This document shows positions 48,266 to 58,632 of a DNA stretch of 64,000 bases, one piece after another. The stretch spans positions 880,108 to 944,107 of the forward strand of contig JBMNLN010000001.1 in the NCBI GenBank assembly GCA_050952725.1. The letters run 5' to 3'. The first letter of the stretch is position 1. Every line of letters starts with the position of its first letter. The position numbers were made by a program, and so were the translations under genes. The stretch comes from Bacilli bacterium (GTDB taxonomy: Bacteria > Bacillota_I > Bacilli_A > RFN20 > CAG-826). Under the pieces are notes generated by a model. It made no database searches. It was not told the origin of the DNA and saw nothing but the letters and a program-made list of their open reading frames with translations.

Positions 48266-49358
48266 TGAAATTAAATTAAAAGAAAGCGGGAAAATTAGTC
48301 GTCTGACGAATAAGACTTTTCAATTTCCCCCTTCAGTCGGAGAAGGATTCTTTACTGCGAATTATTTCCTCAAAGCGCAAAGAATTGTCCGAGAAAATTG
48401 CCCAGGCCATCGGGTCACCTGTCAATGGTTTCAACGCCGGGACGGGGCGATGGTTTGCGGTTTAGATGAAGTAATCGCTTTAGTGCACACCTTTGCGCAT
48501 AATCCCGAGGACTTAGAAATTTACGCCTTAAATGATGGAGATCTTGTCAACAATGAAGAAGCGGTGTTGACCATTACTGGTCGTTATGAAGATTTTGGTT
48601 TCTTGGAGAGTTTAATCGATGGTATTCTCTCGCGGCGATCTTCAATCGCGACTAATGTCTATGAAGTGATCAAAGTCAGCAACGGCAAAGCCATCTTTTC
48701 GATGGCCGATCGCCAAGATGATTATCTAACCCAAATCGGTGATGGCTATGCAACCTATGTCGCGGGGATTAAAGTTGTTTCCACTGACGCCCAAGGTTAT
48801 TGGTATAACGGTCGAGGCGGCGGGACGATGCCTCATGCTTTGATACAAATTTGCAATGGCGATTTAATTAAAGCGTGCGAGATGTATCTTGCCACTTATC
48901 CTGATGAAAAAGTATGCGCTTTAATCGATTACCATAATGATTGTGTCAAGGAAGCGGTGAGGGTTGCTAAGCATTTTGGCAAACGCCTTGGCGCAGTTCG
49001 CCTCGATACCTCAAAGAAGTTAATCGATAAGTATTTTGATGATAAGGACACCTCGGGATTTGATCCACATGGGGTATGTAAAGAACTGGTTTTTGCGGTC
49101 AGAGACGCTCTTGATCAAGTCGGGGCGACGCATGTGAAAATCGTGGTTAGTTCGGGTTTTAATCGAGAAAAAATCGCCGAATTCGAAAAAGCTGGTACGC
49201 CAGTTGATACCTATGGAGTCGGAACGGCTTTTTGTAAAAATGATACGTGTGGCTTCACAGGTGATTTGGTCGTTCTCGACGGAAAAAAACAAGCTAAAAT
49301 TGGCCGGGATTTATACCCGAATCCCCGTTTAAAAAAAGTCCCATTTCCGATTTATTAA
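48258..49358 (+). CDS. short-form nicotinate phosphoribosyltransferase (NAPRTase family)
   Basis: GTMPHALI (GTxAHS-like), RLDTS (RLDSGD-like) and GVGT motifs. The start is at MFDEIK with a GGAGG RBS. The 27-aa ORF-track upstream extension overlaps the preceding gene. Confidence 0.55.
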   Translation: MFDEIKLKESGKISRLTNKTFQFPPSVGEGFFTANYFLKAQRIVRENCPGHRVTCQWFQRRDGAMVCGLDEVIALVHTFAHNPEDLEIYALNDGDLVNNEEAVLTITGRYEDFGFLESLIDGILSRRSSIATNVYEVIKVSNGKAIFSMADRQDDYLTQIGDGYATYVAGIKVVSTDAQGYWYNGRGGGTMPHALIQICNGDLIKACEMYLATYPDEKVCALIDYHNDCVKEAVRVAKHFGKRLGAVRLDTSKKLIDKYFDDKDTSGFDPHGVCKELVFAVRDALDQVGATHVKIVVSSGFNREKIAEFEKAGTPVDTYGVGTAFCKNDTCGFTGDLVVLDGKKQAKIGRDLYPNPRLKKVPFPIY

Positions 49359-49457
49359 ACAAGTTACTAAAAATTTTAAATGTAAGCATTTTCATTTTTC
49401 TCTTTTTTAATGTAAATTTTTTTCATATAATAAAAACAAGATGAGGGGGGAAATGTT

Positions 49458-50456
49458 ATGAATGACTACATCAAGGACCGTGTGACGATTTATGAAGTCG
49501 CCAAAGCCTCGGGTTTTTCTTTAGCAACCGTTTCACGCGTAATCAATAACCACAGCAATGTTACAGAAAAAACGCGGAAAAAAGTTCAAGAGACAATCGC
49601 CCGTCTTGGTTATAAGCCTTCAGCAGTCGCCCAAGCTTTAGCCACTAACCGCTCGACTACAATTGGCATCGTAATCCCGCGCGCAAACTATGTTTATATT
49701 TCCAACATGCTCAATGGCCTGACAGAAGCGGCGCGCGATCGCGGCTATGTCCTTTCGCTTTTTGTCACATCTCATAGCAAAGAAGAGGCGCTCTCAGCGA
49801 TGAATAAGGTCATCACTTCTCACGTCGATGGGGCGATTATCTTTGATGATGAACTCGATGTGGGCGATGCGCAAAAAATCTCATCCTATCAAGTGCCCGT
49901 AATCGCCGTGAACAATAAAGTAACTGGTGATAAGGTCGCTTGTCTTACCTTTGGGTATGAGAATCTTTTACGTAGAATTCTGCGCGATTACTTTGAAAGT
50001 GGCGACAAAAAAATGTATTTTCTCCACGTCCATAATGCGGGGAGATTACTCGCGCGCATCGAACGGGCTTTTGTCGCGACTCATATTGAGGATGGACGCA
50101 ATTATGGCATCCTCAGTTGTGACGATTCGTATACGAAAACTTATCATGATTTCCTCGATTTCTTTAAGACGACAAAATCGGGATATTTCCTCGCTTATCG
50201 CGATTCGCTGGCCGCGGCGATTATCAATGCCGCGGGTGATTCCAATCTCCGCGTCCCCGAAGATGTCGAAGTGCTCTCAATTATTGGCACCAAATACGCG
50301 AATATCCTCCGGCCCACTATCTCAAGTATGTATATCGATATGCAACTTGTGGGCCGAAAAGCGATGGAAATGCTGGCCGATTTAATGGAAAACAAATTGG
50401 AAAAGAAGCAAATTAAAGTTGAATCCACCTTAATCAAACGCGATTCGACAATCTAA
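49458..50456 (+). CDS. LacI-family transcriptional regulator
   Basis: N-terminal HTH VTIYEVAKASGFSLATVSRVINN plus a periplasmic-binding-protein-like sugar-binding core. Confidence 0.8.
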   Translation: MNDYIKDRVTIYEVAKASGFSLATVSRVINNHSNVTEKTRKKVQETIARLGYKPSAVAQALATNRSTTIGIVIPRANYVYISNMLNGLTEAARDRGYVLSLFVTSHSKEEALSAMNKVITSHVDGAIIFDDELDVGDAQKISSYQVPVIAVNNKVTGDKVACLTFGYENLLRRILRDYFESGDKKMYFLHVHNAGRLLARIERAFVATHIEDGRNYGILSCDDSYTKTYHDFLDFFKTTKSGYFLAYRDSLAAAIINAAGDSNLRVPEDVEVLSIIGTKYANILRPTISSMYIDMQLVGRKAMEMLADLMENKLEKKQIKVESTLIKRDSTI

Positions 50457-50465
50457 GGAGATATC

Positions 50466-51719
50466 ATGAAAAACATTTACCGAGAATTGAAGTTGCGCGG
50501 ATTAATCAAGGATTTCTCCAATGAAGAAGAAGTTGAGGAACTTCTTTCCAAGAAACAAACAATCTACTGTGGATTTGACCCGAGTGCAAAAAGCATGCAT
50601 GTCGGAAATTTCGTAATGATCGCTCTTTTGATGCGATTACAACGCGCTGGTCACCGCGTGATTGCGGTGGTGGGAGGAGCCACGGGGATGGTCGGTGACC
50701 CCAGCGGTAAATCCAAGGAACGCAACTTACTCGATCAGACAACTTTACAAGAAAACACTGATGCAATTCGGAAGCAATTAGAACGCTTCATCGATTTAAC
50801 TGATCCAGAAAGAGGAGTAATCGTCAATAACTACGATTGGTTAGGCAAGATGAATTATCTCGATGTCCTTAGAGATTATGGGAAGTTTTTCTCGATCAAT
50901 GCGATGTTGCAAAAAGATGCGGTTAGCTCGCGCATGGAAAGTGGAATTTCTTATACGGAATTTTCCTATATGATTTTACAATCGCTCGATTTTCTCCATC
51001 TTTTTCAAAAATATGGATGTCGTCTCCAAGTGGGGGGGAGCGACCAATGGGGCAATTTAGTCAGTGGTCTTGATTTAATTAAACGCGTCGCAGGCTCAGA
51101 TACCCAAGTCGGGGTGATGACTTCGCACTTAATCACCAAAAGCGATGGGAGTAAATTCGGTAAATCCGAAGGGGGCGCCCTTTATTTAGATAAGGAATTA
51201 ACTTCTCCCTATCAACTCTATCAATACTTTATTAATACTGGCGATGAAGATGCGGTTCATTACCTAAAAGTCTTTACCTTCCTTTCCTTAGCCGAAATTG
51301 AAAAGATTGCGACTGAGCATCAGAAAAATCTCGGTGCCCGCATCGCCCAAAAACGCCTTGCTTATGAAATCGTCAAAATTATTCATCATGAAGATGAGGC
51401 CGAATCTGCCGTTCGGATGAGTGAAGTGCTTTTTTCTGGTGAAGTAAGTTCTCTCCGTCCAAGAGAAATCGATGAATTATTTAAAGAAGTTCGCTTTCTT
51501 GTTGCCGAACCCCTCTCTTTGATTGATGCACTAGTTTTAACCAACGGCGCCAAGAGCAAACGCGAAGCCCGGGAATTCATTCAAGGGAATTCAATTCTCG
51601 TCAATGGTCATCGCATCAACGATTTGGAATTCATCGTCAAAAAAGAAAATGCCTTACATGCTCGTTATACCGTGATTCGGCGCGGCAAAAAGAATTATTA
51701 CTTAATTGAACATCAATAG
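50466..51719 (+). CDS. tyrS: tyrosyl-tRNA synthetase
   Basis: HVGN (HIGH variant), KFGKS (KMSKS), and a C-terminal S4 domain. Length is 417 aa. Confidence 0.9.
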   Translation: MKNIYRELKLRGLIKDFSNEEEVEELLSKKQTIYCGFDPSAKSMHVGNFVMIALLMRLQRAGHRVIAVVGGATGMVGDPSGKSKERNLLDQTTLQENTDAIRKQLERFIDLTDPERGVIVNNYDWLGKMNYLDVLRDYGKFFSINAMLQKDAVSSRMESGISYTEFSYMILQSLDFLHLFQKYGCRLQVGGSDQWGNLVSGLDLIKRVAGSDTQVGVMTSHLITKSDGSKFGKSEGGALYLDKELTSPYQLYQYFINTGDEDAVHYLKVFTFLSLAEIEKIATEHQKNLGARIAQKRLAYEIVKIIHHEDEAESAVRMSEVLFSGEVSSLRPREIDELFKEVRFLVAEPLSLIDALVLTNGAKSKREAREFIQGNSILVNGHRINDLEFIVKKENALHARYTVIRRGKKNYYLIEHQ

Positions 51720-51727
51720 ATCAAATG

Positions 51728-51756
51728 AAAAGGATTGGCGAATTGCCAATCCTTTT
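51728..51756. terminator. bidirectional Rho-independent terminator between tyrS and rpsD
   Basis: Stem aggattggc-gaat-tgccaatcct flanked by an A-run and a T-run. Confidence 0.6.
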
Positions 51757-51775
51757 TAGTAAATCTCGGATGATT

Positions 51776-52381
51776 TTAGAGTAAACGGTTGTAGTATTCG
51801 ATGATTTGCGCTTCGTTGATGTCTTGGGCGACTTCGCTGCGTTCAGGCAGTCTAGTAAATTCACCGACGATTTTTTCCTTGTCGACTTTGACGAAGCCTG
51901 GGGTTAATCCTGGTTGCTCTAAAGCTTGCCGGACAACAGTAAGATTTTGACTTGATTCCCCTAAAGCAATCACATCACCGACGGAGCAAAGATAGCTAGG
52001 CAAGTCAACTTTTTTCCCGTTGACGGTCACGTGACCGTGGCAGACGAGTTGACGGGCACCGCGACGAGTTCTAGCAAAGCCCATCCGATAAACGAGGTTA
52101 TCGAGGCGGCTTTCTAAGATTTGGATAAAGGCGGTACCGGTGACTTCACTACTCTTTTGCGCTAAGTGGAATAAACGCCGGAATTGACGTTCGTTTACAC
52201 CATAGGTGAAGCGCAATTTTTGTTTTTCCGCTAACTGCTTACCGTATTCAGATTGTTTGCGTCGACGACTTTTGCCATGTTGGCCCGGACCATAATTGCG
52301 CTTGGCTAATTCTTGACCGGTTTCTAAAAGCGAATGTTGTAAACGACGCGAACGTTTCCATTTCGGACCAGTGTATCTCAT
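51776..52381 (-). CDS. rpsD: 30S ribosomal protein S4
   Basis: MRYTGPKWKRSRRL... is the canonical S4 N-terminus, and an S4 RNA-binding domain is present. The ORF-track start at 52453 is an upstream extension. Confidence 0.9.
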   Translation of the reverse strand: MRYTGPKWKRSRRLQHSLLETGQELAKRNYGPGQHGKSRRRKQSEYGKQLAEKQKLRFTYGVNERQFRRLFHLAQKSSEVTGTAFIQILESRLDNLVYRMGFARTRRGARQLVCHGHVTVNGKKVDLPSYLCSVGDVIALGESSQNLTVVRQALEQPGLTPGFVKVDKEKIVGEFTRLPERSEVAQDINEAQIIEYYNRLL

Positions 52382-52715
52382 GAAATTTCCTCCTTTGTGT
52401 ATTTTTGCATAAATAGACAAAGTGTGTTCATCCCCGTCCCTGGGTGTCCGCAATCACAATTTCACTCGGTAGCAGAGCTACTTTATTCCCCCATGGGGTT
52501 GCGACACAATAAGGACAGTAGGAACATGCTGCCGTTCATGCAGTGTTATCTTAACGATTACGAGGAAAAAAGTCAACTAAATTCCACTCGATTCACGTTT
52601 TATGATAGTTGAAAATTTTGTCGATGTTTAAAAACTCATTTTCGTCTCCACGATATGCAAATAAGTCACTACTAATTTATTATACATCGTGTTTATAATT
52701 TTCTATTTAATAAAA
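52382..52715 (-). promoter_or_regulatory. rpsD 5' leader and promoter region (possible S4 autoregulatory element)
   Basis: A ~330-nt non-coding region upstream of rpsD. Bacillus rpsD is autoregulated through a leader pseudoknot. I did not derive a structure here. Confidence 0.25.
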
Positions 52716-52746
52716 AACCCATCCGATTGGATGGGAATTTATGCGA
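52716..52746 (-). terminator. Rho-independent terminator of the lipoprotein gene
   Basis: Minus-strand stem cccatccaatcggatggg followed by TTTTTT. Confidence 0.5.
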
Positions 52747-52754
52747 GGATTTTT

Positions 52755-53333
52755 TTATGAACACGAGTAGATGATGACGATTGATTGAATGTAGAGAGTG
52801 TTGGTTAAGGTTGTCGCCCCAGTGGTATTAATCGCGGGATAACGATTGTTTTCTTGGCCGGCATTGGGGGTAAAGGGAACACCACTTTCAATTGGGCCAA
52901 CCATTGTATATTCGGGAGTATGGTCTTGTGTATGGGAGAAATAAACATTGAGTTTAGCGGTTGGGTCATCAGTCGTATAGTTAATTGTCATACTGTGAAT
53001 CGTTTGAATTGGATTGCGAAACAAAACGGTATTTGATATCTCATTATTAGTCGGAAGTTTGAGCAAATTAGTATCATCAGGGAGAAACACGGCTTGACTA
53101 GGATAGGTTTTAGAAAAGATAATTTTATTTCCAAGTGTCGTTAGAATATGCCCAGAGTTATCCGAAACTTTAACCCAAGTATCTTTATCGACGGTCAAGG
53201 TTCCATTAACAACTTCCGCATGGACTGGAGTAAAATGATAACTTCCCTTGTTATAGGTGCAGGTTAACAAGGTAGCCATAATGGTTAAGGTGGACAAAAG
53301 CGTTGCGGACACTAATCTAGTTTTGTTTTTCAT
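52755..53333 (-). CDS. lipoprotein of unknown function
   Basis: Signal peptide with lipobox (MATLLTC). 192 aa, Thr/Asn-rich mature region. Confidence 0.45.
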   Translation of the reverse strand: MKNKTRLVSATLLSTLTIMATLLTCTYNKGSYHFTPVHAEVVNGTLTVDKDTWVKVSDNSGHILTTLGNKIIFSKTYPSQAVFLPDDTNLLKLPTNNEISNTVLFRNPIQTIHSMTINYTTDDPTAKLNVYFSHTQDHTPEYTMVGPIESGVPFTPNAGQENNRYPAINTTGATTLTNTLYIQSIVIIYSCS

Positions 53334-53543
53334 TTTCTTAGTCTCTTCTTCATTTTCTGGAATAACTACATTTTATACTTATCCGTCAAATATACAACTA
53401 AAACCGATAACAGTTGGCAAAAATCAATAATCGAAAAATGTCAAAACAACGAGAGAAAAATCATGATAAATGTCATATAATATAAATGCGTTAATGTTTT
53501 ACACGCGCATACTAACCAATCACACTCATAAACCAGGTAGGAT

Positions 53544-55271
53544 ATGTTGATGACACGTTTATTTTTCCCCGCTCTTATGGAACCAGTGACCATTGCCCTT
53601 TATGTAATTGGGGCTGGTGCCTTTATCGTCTTTCTTTACTTACTTCTTGATCGCTTCGCCTTTGTTGGTCGAAAAAATCGCAAGTTAGTCGAGGAACTCC
53701 GAAGAAAATACGAATACATCCATTCACTTTTGATTGGACAAGATTCCGCTTATATAAAACGTCTAGAAATCATCTCCGATTTGAATTTATTGTTCCGTCC
53801 AATTTATGAAGACTTTAATCGTCAGTACGAAAATCTCCGTGATAACGATGATCGCCAAGCGCGGATTGCCGTGGAGAAACTAGAAAAGGCAGTCAACAAT
53901 AAGAATCATAAACTCTTTAAAGAAATCTATGCCAACCAACGCGTTATCATTGTCAATTTCGAATCAGAAGTTACCACTCTGCATCAATCCTTAGAAAAGG
54001 TGATTCAACCAGAAACTGAAGCCCGTCAAGCCGCGGTTAATGAAAAAGAACAATATCGGAAAATCCGCGCAAATCATCAACTGCATCGCAGCGAAATTGA
54101 ACCGCTTAATTCCGTCTTTCAAAGACTATTTACCTATGTCGATAACACTTTCACGGAATATGATCGTACGGTTGAAACTGCAAATTATGATGATGCAGCA
54201 ATTCTTTTAGAACGCATTGCAAAAACGTTAAATACATTAGAGAAGGTTTTAGAAGTTGCCCCAGATCTTTGTGTTCGCACCTATAATTTAGTCCCGCAAA
54301 AGATTGATGAATTGGAGGTAACCTACGACCGCTTAACGCTAGAAAAATATCCACTTCATCACTTAATGGTCCGGAGTTTTATCGACAATTCGCGTCGCAC
54401 CTTAGAAGAAATTGGCGGAAAATTATCCAAATTCGATCTTCAAGGGATTGATGATCAATTAAATGCGATTACCGATCGCATTGAAGTTTTCCTCGAGGCA
54501 TTTGAAGAAGAAAAAGATTATCGCCTTGTATTTGAACACGAATTTGAAGATACCTATCAAGATGTGCAAGATTTAGAAAGACAATATATCCGTTTAGCTA
54601 ACGTTCTTCCGCAAGTGAAAAAGGTCTATGCGATTCCCGAAACTAGCGAAAATCGCATGGGGCATCTACGCGAACAAATCGATTATCTCTCCAGTTTAAA
54701 AAGAAGTCTTGACACTTTCTTGCATTCGGCGACTAAACAACCCTTCTCCGTTCTCGTGGAAAAATTGAAACATATTCAAACGGTGGTTAAGGAAGCTCGC
54801 GTGGAGATGGATACTTTCAGTGCGGAACTCGAACAACTTAAAGTCGATGTTGAAACTTCCTTTACCTCAATTAATCAACTTTACTTTGAACTAAAGAAAG
54901 CAGAAGCCGCGCTTCGGGAACTACAAGTTCCGGCTTATGCGAATCGATATAAAATAGTTTTCGATCAATGTTATTCCAACATTGAACAAATTAACGCTCT
55001 GGTTCACGTTAAGCCGATCGACGTCTTAGAAGTGGCATCGCTTCATACGCAGTTAAAAGAACAAGCAACCGATTTATTAACTGGTCTTGATGCGGATTTA
55101 CATATGGCAAATTTAGCGGAAAATGCGATTGTTTATGCGAATAATTATCGTTATAATTTCAGCGATATTAAAGCGACCTTACAACAAGATGAAGCCCTTT
55201 TCCTTCAAGGGCAATTTGAAAAAGCCTATCTGGATGCAGGAGCAATTTTAAAGAAATATAACCATGAATAA
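53544..55271 (+). CDS. ezrA: septation ring formation regulator EzrA
   Basis: Single N-terminal TM (PVTIALYVIGAGAFIVFLYLLL) followed by ~540 aa of coiled coil. It lies immediately upstream of nifZ-thiI, as in B. subtilis. Confidence 0.7.
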   Translation: MLMTRLFFPALMEPVTIALYVIGAGAFIVFLYLLLDRFAFVGRKNRKLVEELRRKYEYIHSLLIGQDSAYIKRLEIISDLNLLFRPIYEDFNRQYENLRDNDDRQARIAVEKLEKAVNNKNHKLFKEIYANQRVIIVNFESEVTTLHQSLEKVIQPETEARQAAVNEKEQYRKIRANHQLHRSEIEPLNSVFQRLFTYVDNTFTEYDRTVETANYDDAAILLERIAKTLNTLEKVLEVAPDLCVRTYNLVPQKIDELEVTYDRLTLEKYPLHHLMVRSFIDNSRRTLEEIGGKLSKFDLQGIDDQLNAITDRIEVFLEAFEEEKDYRLVFEHEFEDTYQDVQDLERQYIRLANVLPQVKKVYAIPETSENRMGHLREQIDYLSSLKRSLDTFLHSATKQPFSVLVEKLKHIQTVVKEARVEMDTFSAELEQLKVDVETSFTSINQLYFELKKAEAALRELQVPAYANRYKIVFDQCYSNIEQINALVHVKPIDVLEVASLHTQLKEQATDLLTGLDADLHMANLAENAIVYANNYRYNFSDIKATLQQDEALFLQGQFEKAYLDAGAILKKYNHE

Positions 55272-56409
55272 ACCAATTTATTTTGATAACGCGGCGACGA
55301 CCGAAGTTTTTCCGGAAGTCATCGAGAATTTTAGTCGCATTAGTGCAGAAATCTATGGTAATCCCCATAGTAACCACCGCATCGGCTATCAAGCGCGTGA
55401 TTTGTTGACCAAGGCCCGAGAACAGATTTTAGCCTTACTCGAACTCGAGGCCTACCAAGTCGTATTTACTAGTGGCGCGACCGAAAGCAATAACCTGGCC
55501 ATTCAAGGTGTGGCTTTATCTTTTGCTGACCGGGGCCATCATCTGATCACCACCGCTGGCGAACATCCTTCGGTGATGAAGGTGTTTGAGTTTCTTCAAG
55601 AACATCATGGTTTTGAAGTGACCGTTTTACCTTTAAATGAAGAAGGTGTAATTAATCTAAGCGACTTAGAAAAAGCCCTTAATAAAAATACCATTCTCGT
55701 CTCCGTGATGGCGGTCAATAATCAAACTGGAGCGATATCCCCTTTAAAAGAAATCGCACAATTATTGACCAAATATCCTAAATGCCTGTTCCATTCCGAT
55801 GTTACCCAAGGGATTGCCAAAACGAAACTCCCTTATCAAGTCTTGGATTTACTGAGTTTTTCTGCCCATAAAATCCATGGTTTAAAAGGAAGTGGAGCGC
55901 TTATTTTAAAGAAAAATCTCGCTTTAAAACCCCTTTTTTATGGTGGTGAACAAGAAGAGGGCTTGCGCAGTGGCACGGTTGCCGTTCCTCTCGATGTCTG
56001 TTTAGCCCAAGTGCTTCGCCTTTCACTAAAACGCGAAGAAGAAACGCGGACTAAGGTGCAAACAATCCATGACTTTCTTTATCACCAGTTAGTTAAAGAA
56101 GATGATCTGGTGATGAATTCGCCACTGCATGCTTCCCCCTATATCATTAACTTTTCATTACGACATTTACCTTCTTCCGTTGTGGTTGAAGCCCTCTCCA
56201 ATGCCGGCATCATGGTCGCATCTACCGCCGCTTGTTCGGAACGGAAAAACCTTCTCTCAGCTTCAGTTTTATCGATGTTCAATGATCAAAAACGCGCCAA
56301 AAACACCATTCGAATTTCCTTCTCTTACGATAATACGATGGAAGAAGCGCAAGTTTTCTTAACCACCTTAAAAGGGATATTTAAAAAATTACATGAGGCG
56401 TATTTATGA
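55264..56409 (+). CDS. nifZ: cysteine desulfurase (class V aminotransferase, NifS/IscS-like)
   Basis: FDNAATTEV N-terminus and the PLP lysine motif SFSAHKIHGLKG. It is paired with thiI. Confidence 0.8.
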   Translation: MNKPIYFDNAATTEVFPEVIENFSRISAEIYGNPHSNHRIGYQARDLLTKAREQILALLELEAYQVVFTSGATESNNLAIQGVALSFADRGHHLITTAGEHPSVMKVFEFLQEHHGFEVTVLPLNEEGVINLSDLEKALNKNTILVSVMAVNNQTGAISPLKEIAQLLTKYPKCLFHSDVTQGIAKTKLPYQVLDLLSFSAHKIHGLKGSGALILKKNLALKPLFYGGEQEEGLRSGTVAVPLDVCLAQVLRLSLKREEETRTKVQTIHDFLYHQLVKEDDLVMNSPLHASPYIINFSLRHLPSSVVVEALSNAGIMVASTAACSERKNLLSASVLSMFNDQKRAKNTIRISFSYDNTMEEAQVFLTTLKGIFKKLHEAYL

Positions 56410-57584
56410 ATCCCCAGTTGGTGATGATTCATTTTGGCGAATTGGCAACCAAAGGAAAAAATCGTCGCAATTTTGTCGATACCTTGGTCACGAATATCCG
56501 TCATCGCTTCCTTGAGGTTGAGGTAAAAATCACCGTTACTCATGATCATATTTATCTGCGTTTTCACGATTTTAAAGATGAATTCATCGAAGTTTTGCAA
56601 GAGATTTCGGGCATTCATGCCTTTTCGCTAATTTTACAAGTTCCCACGGATACCGAAAGTTTAATTAACACGGCCAAGCTCGTATTAGAAACACAACAAG
56701 GCCAGACCTTTAAAGTAATCACCAAACGCCGCGATAAAGCCTATCCTTTAAATTCCGACCAAATCAATCGGTTAATCGCAGGTCATATCTTGCGAAACAC
56801 CAAATGGAAAGTCGACGTCCATCAACCGGATTTTCCCTTGAAAATCACGATTGACCGTGAATCTGCTGACTTTACTTTAGCGACTTATCCTGGGCTTGGC
56901 GGTTATCCTTTAGGGGCAGTTGGCAAAGCACTCCATCTTCTTAGCGGGGGCATCGATTCACCAGTTGCCGCCTATTTTATGATTCGGCGCGGGATTAGTT
57001 TAGAGATGATTCACTTTGCCGCGCCTCCGTACACTCAGGCCGCGGTCATCGATAAAATCAAAGATTTGTGTCGAATTTTAAATCGCTATCAACCGCGAAT
57101 CAAACTTCATATTGTCCCTTTTACCGAGTTACAACTTGCAATCTATCAACATGCGACGGTGGGATATCCAATCACGATTATGCGACGGATGATGTATCGC
57201 ATCGCTGAAGGGTTCGCGCGAAGAAACCGTTTAGTAATGTTAAGTACCGGGGAATCGCTAGGACAAGTCTCTTCGCAGACTCCCGAGTCACTAGCAGTGA
57301 TTAATGATGTCACCAACTTGCCGATTATTCGTCCTCTAGCTTGCATGGATAAAATCGCAATTATTGAAATGGCGAATCGGATTGGAACTTATGAGACTTC
57401 CATTTTACCTTTTGATGATTGCTGCACAATCTTCGCCCCGGTTAAGCCAAAGACTAAGCCACGTCTTCGCGAAGTGGAAATCATCGAAGCCAAATGGGAT
57501 TATCAGGCTCAAATCGAAGCGTGTCTGAATAAAGTTGAGACAATTACCATTGCTGCTTTCGAAAAAAAGAGTGAGTATTTATGA
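56406..57584 (+). CDS. thiI: tRNA 4-thiouridine synthase
   Basis: THUMP N-domain and PP-loop SGGIDSPVAAY. Length is 392 aa. Confidence 0.85.
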   Translation: MNPQLVMIHFGELATKGKNRRNFVDTLVTNIRHRFLEVEVKITVTHDHIYLRFHDFKDEFIEVLQEISGIHAFSLILQVPTDTESLINTAKLVLETQQGQTFKVITKRRDKAYPLNSDQINRLIAGHILRNTKWKVDVHQPDFPLKITIDRESADFTLATYPGLGGYPLGAVGKALHLLSGGIDSPVAAYFMIRRGISLEMIHFAAPPYTQAAVIDKIKDLCRILNRYQPRIKLHIVPFTELQLAIYQHATVGYPITIMRRMMYRIAEGFARRNRLVMLSTGESLGQVSSQTPESLAVINDVTNLPIIRPLACMDKIAIIEMANRIGTYETSILPFDDCCTIFAPVKPKTKPRLREVEIIEAKWDYQAQIEACLNKVETITIAAFEKKSEYL

Positions 57585-57589
57585 TAAAA

Positions 57590-57616
57590 ACCGCGTTAAT
57601 CCAACGCGGTTTTCAT
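57590..57616. terminator. bidirectional Rho-independent terminator
   Basis: Stem aaccgcgtt-aatcca-acgcggtt with U-runs on both strands. Confidence 0.55.
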
Positions 57617-57641
57617 AATTGATAATCTCGATAATATTTTT

Positions 57642-58631
57642 CTAGCGTTTCCCCATATCGTAGGGAACTCCGACTGCTTTCGGAGCGCGCGATTTTTTCG
57701 AGGTGAAAATCAGCACCAAGATAGTGGCGATAAAGGGCACCATTTTAAAGAACCAGCCGATATTTGCCGAAGCTAATGCGGGGAACAAGGTGTACTTATA
57801 GGCAAAGGAATTCATCAAGCCAAAGAAGAGCGCCGCCACGAGAATCCGCATTGGTTTCCATTGACCAAAGATCAGCACTGCAATCGCTAAGAACCCATAC
57901 CCGGCGACATTTCCGGTAAAGGCAACCGAAGAAGAAACAACAAAAATCAAACCACCAATCCCACCAAGCGCCCCACTGATGAGAACCCCCGACCACCGAT
58001 AGCGATAGACATTAACCCCAAGGGAATCAGCGGCTTGTGGGTGTTCCCCACAGGCACTCAAGCGTAAGCCAAAACGCGTGCGATTGATGATATACCAAGC
58101 GATAACCACAAAAGCCAACACGAGATAAGTGGTCAGAAAGATATCTTTGAAAATTAAGTCACCTAAAATAGGAATATCTCCTAATAAAGGAATTTTACGA
58201 ATTTGGAAATTGGAAACGAATTTAATGTTTTTCGAATCGGCCGCATTTTCATCGATGATATGTGAAATTGCTCGCGCAACATAGACGGTAAGGGCTGGGG
58301 CAAACATATTGAGGGCCGTCCCCCCAATGGTTTGATCGGCTTTGAGGTTAATTGCCGAAAGACCAAGTAGGGCGGAGAACAACATCCCAAAAAGAGCCGA
58401 AATGACAATCGCCAGCAGCAAAAGAAGTTGGGGATTAATCGCGGTGTTATCTTGCATGACGCGAATAAAGATGACGCCGAAGAATGAACCAAACACCATA
58501 ATGCCTTCTAAGGCAATATTGACGACCCCACTTTTTTCAGCAAACATTCCCCCGAGCGCGACAATCAATAAGGGAATCGCAAAGACCAGGGAGCCGTTGA
58601 GGATTTTTAAAATCGCATCAAAAATACCCAT
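57642..58631 (-). CDS. ABC transporter permease, BMP-family nucleoside uptake system (NupQ/YufQ-like)
   Basis: 329 aa polytopic, with the permease pattern of the CUT2/BMP branch. It sits in an operon with a BMP lipoprotein and a dual-NBD ATPase. Confidence 0.75.
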   Translation of the reverse strand: MGIFDAILKILNGSLVFAIPLLIVALGGMFAEKSGVVNIALEGIMVFGSFFGVIFIRVMQDNTAINPQLLLLLAIVISALFGMLFSALLGLSAINLKADQTIGGTALNMFAPALTVYVARAISHIIDENAADSKNIKFVSNFQIRKIPLLGDIPILGDLIFKDIFLTTYLVLAFVVIAWYIINRTRFGLRLSACGEHPQAADSLGVNVYRYRWSGVLISGALGGIGGLIFVVSSSVAFTGNVAGYGFLAIAVLIFGQWKPMRILVAALFFGLMNSFAYKYTLFPALASANIGWFFKMVPFIATILVLIFTSKKSRAPKAVGVPYDMGKR

Positions 58632-58632
58632 A

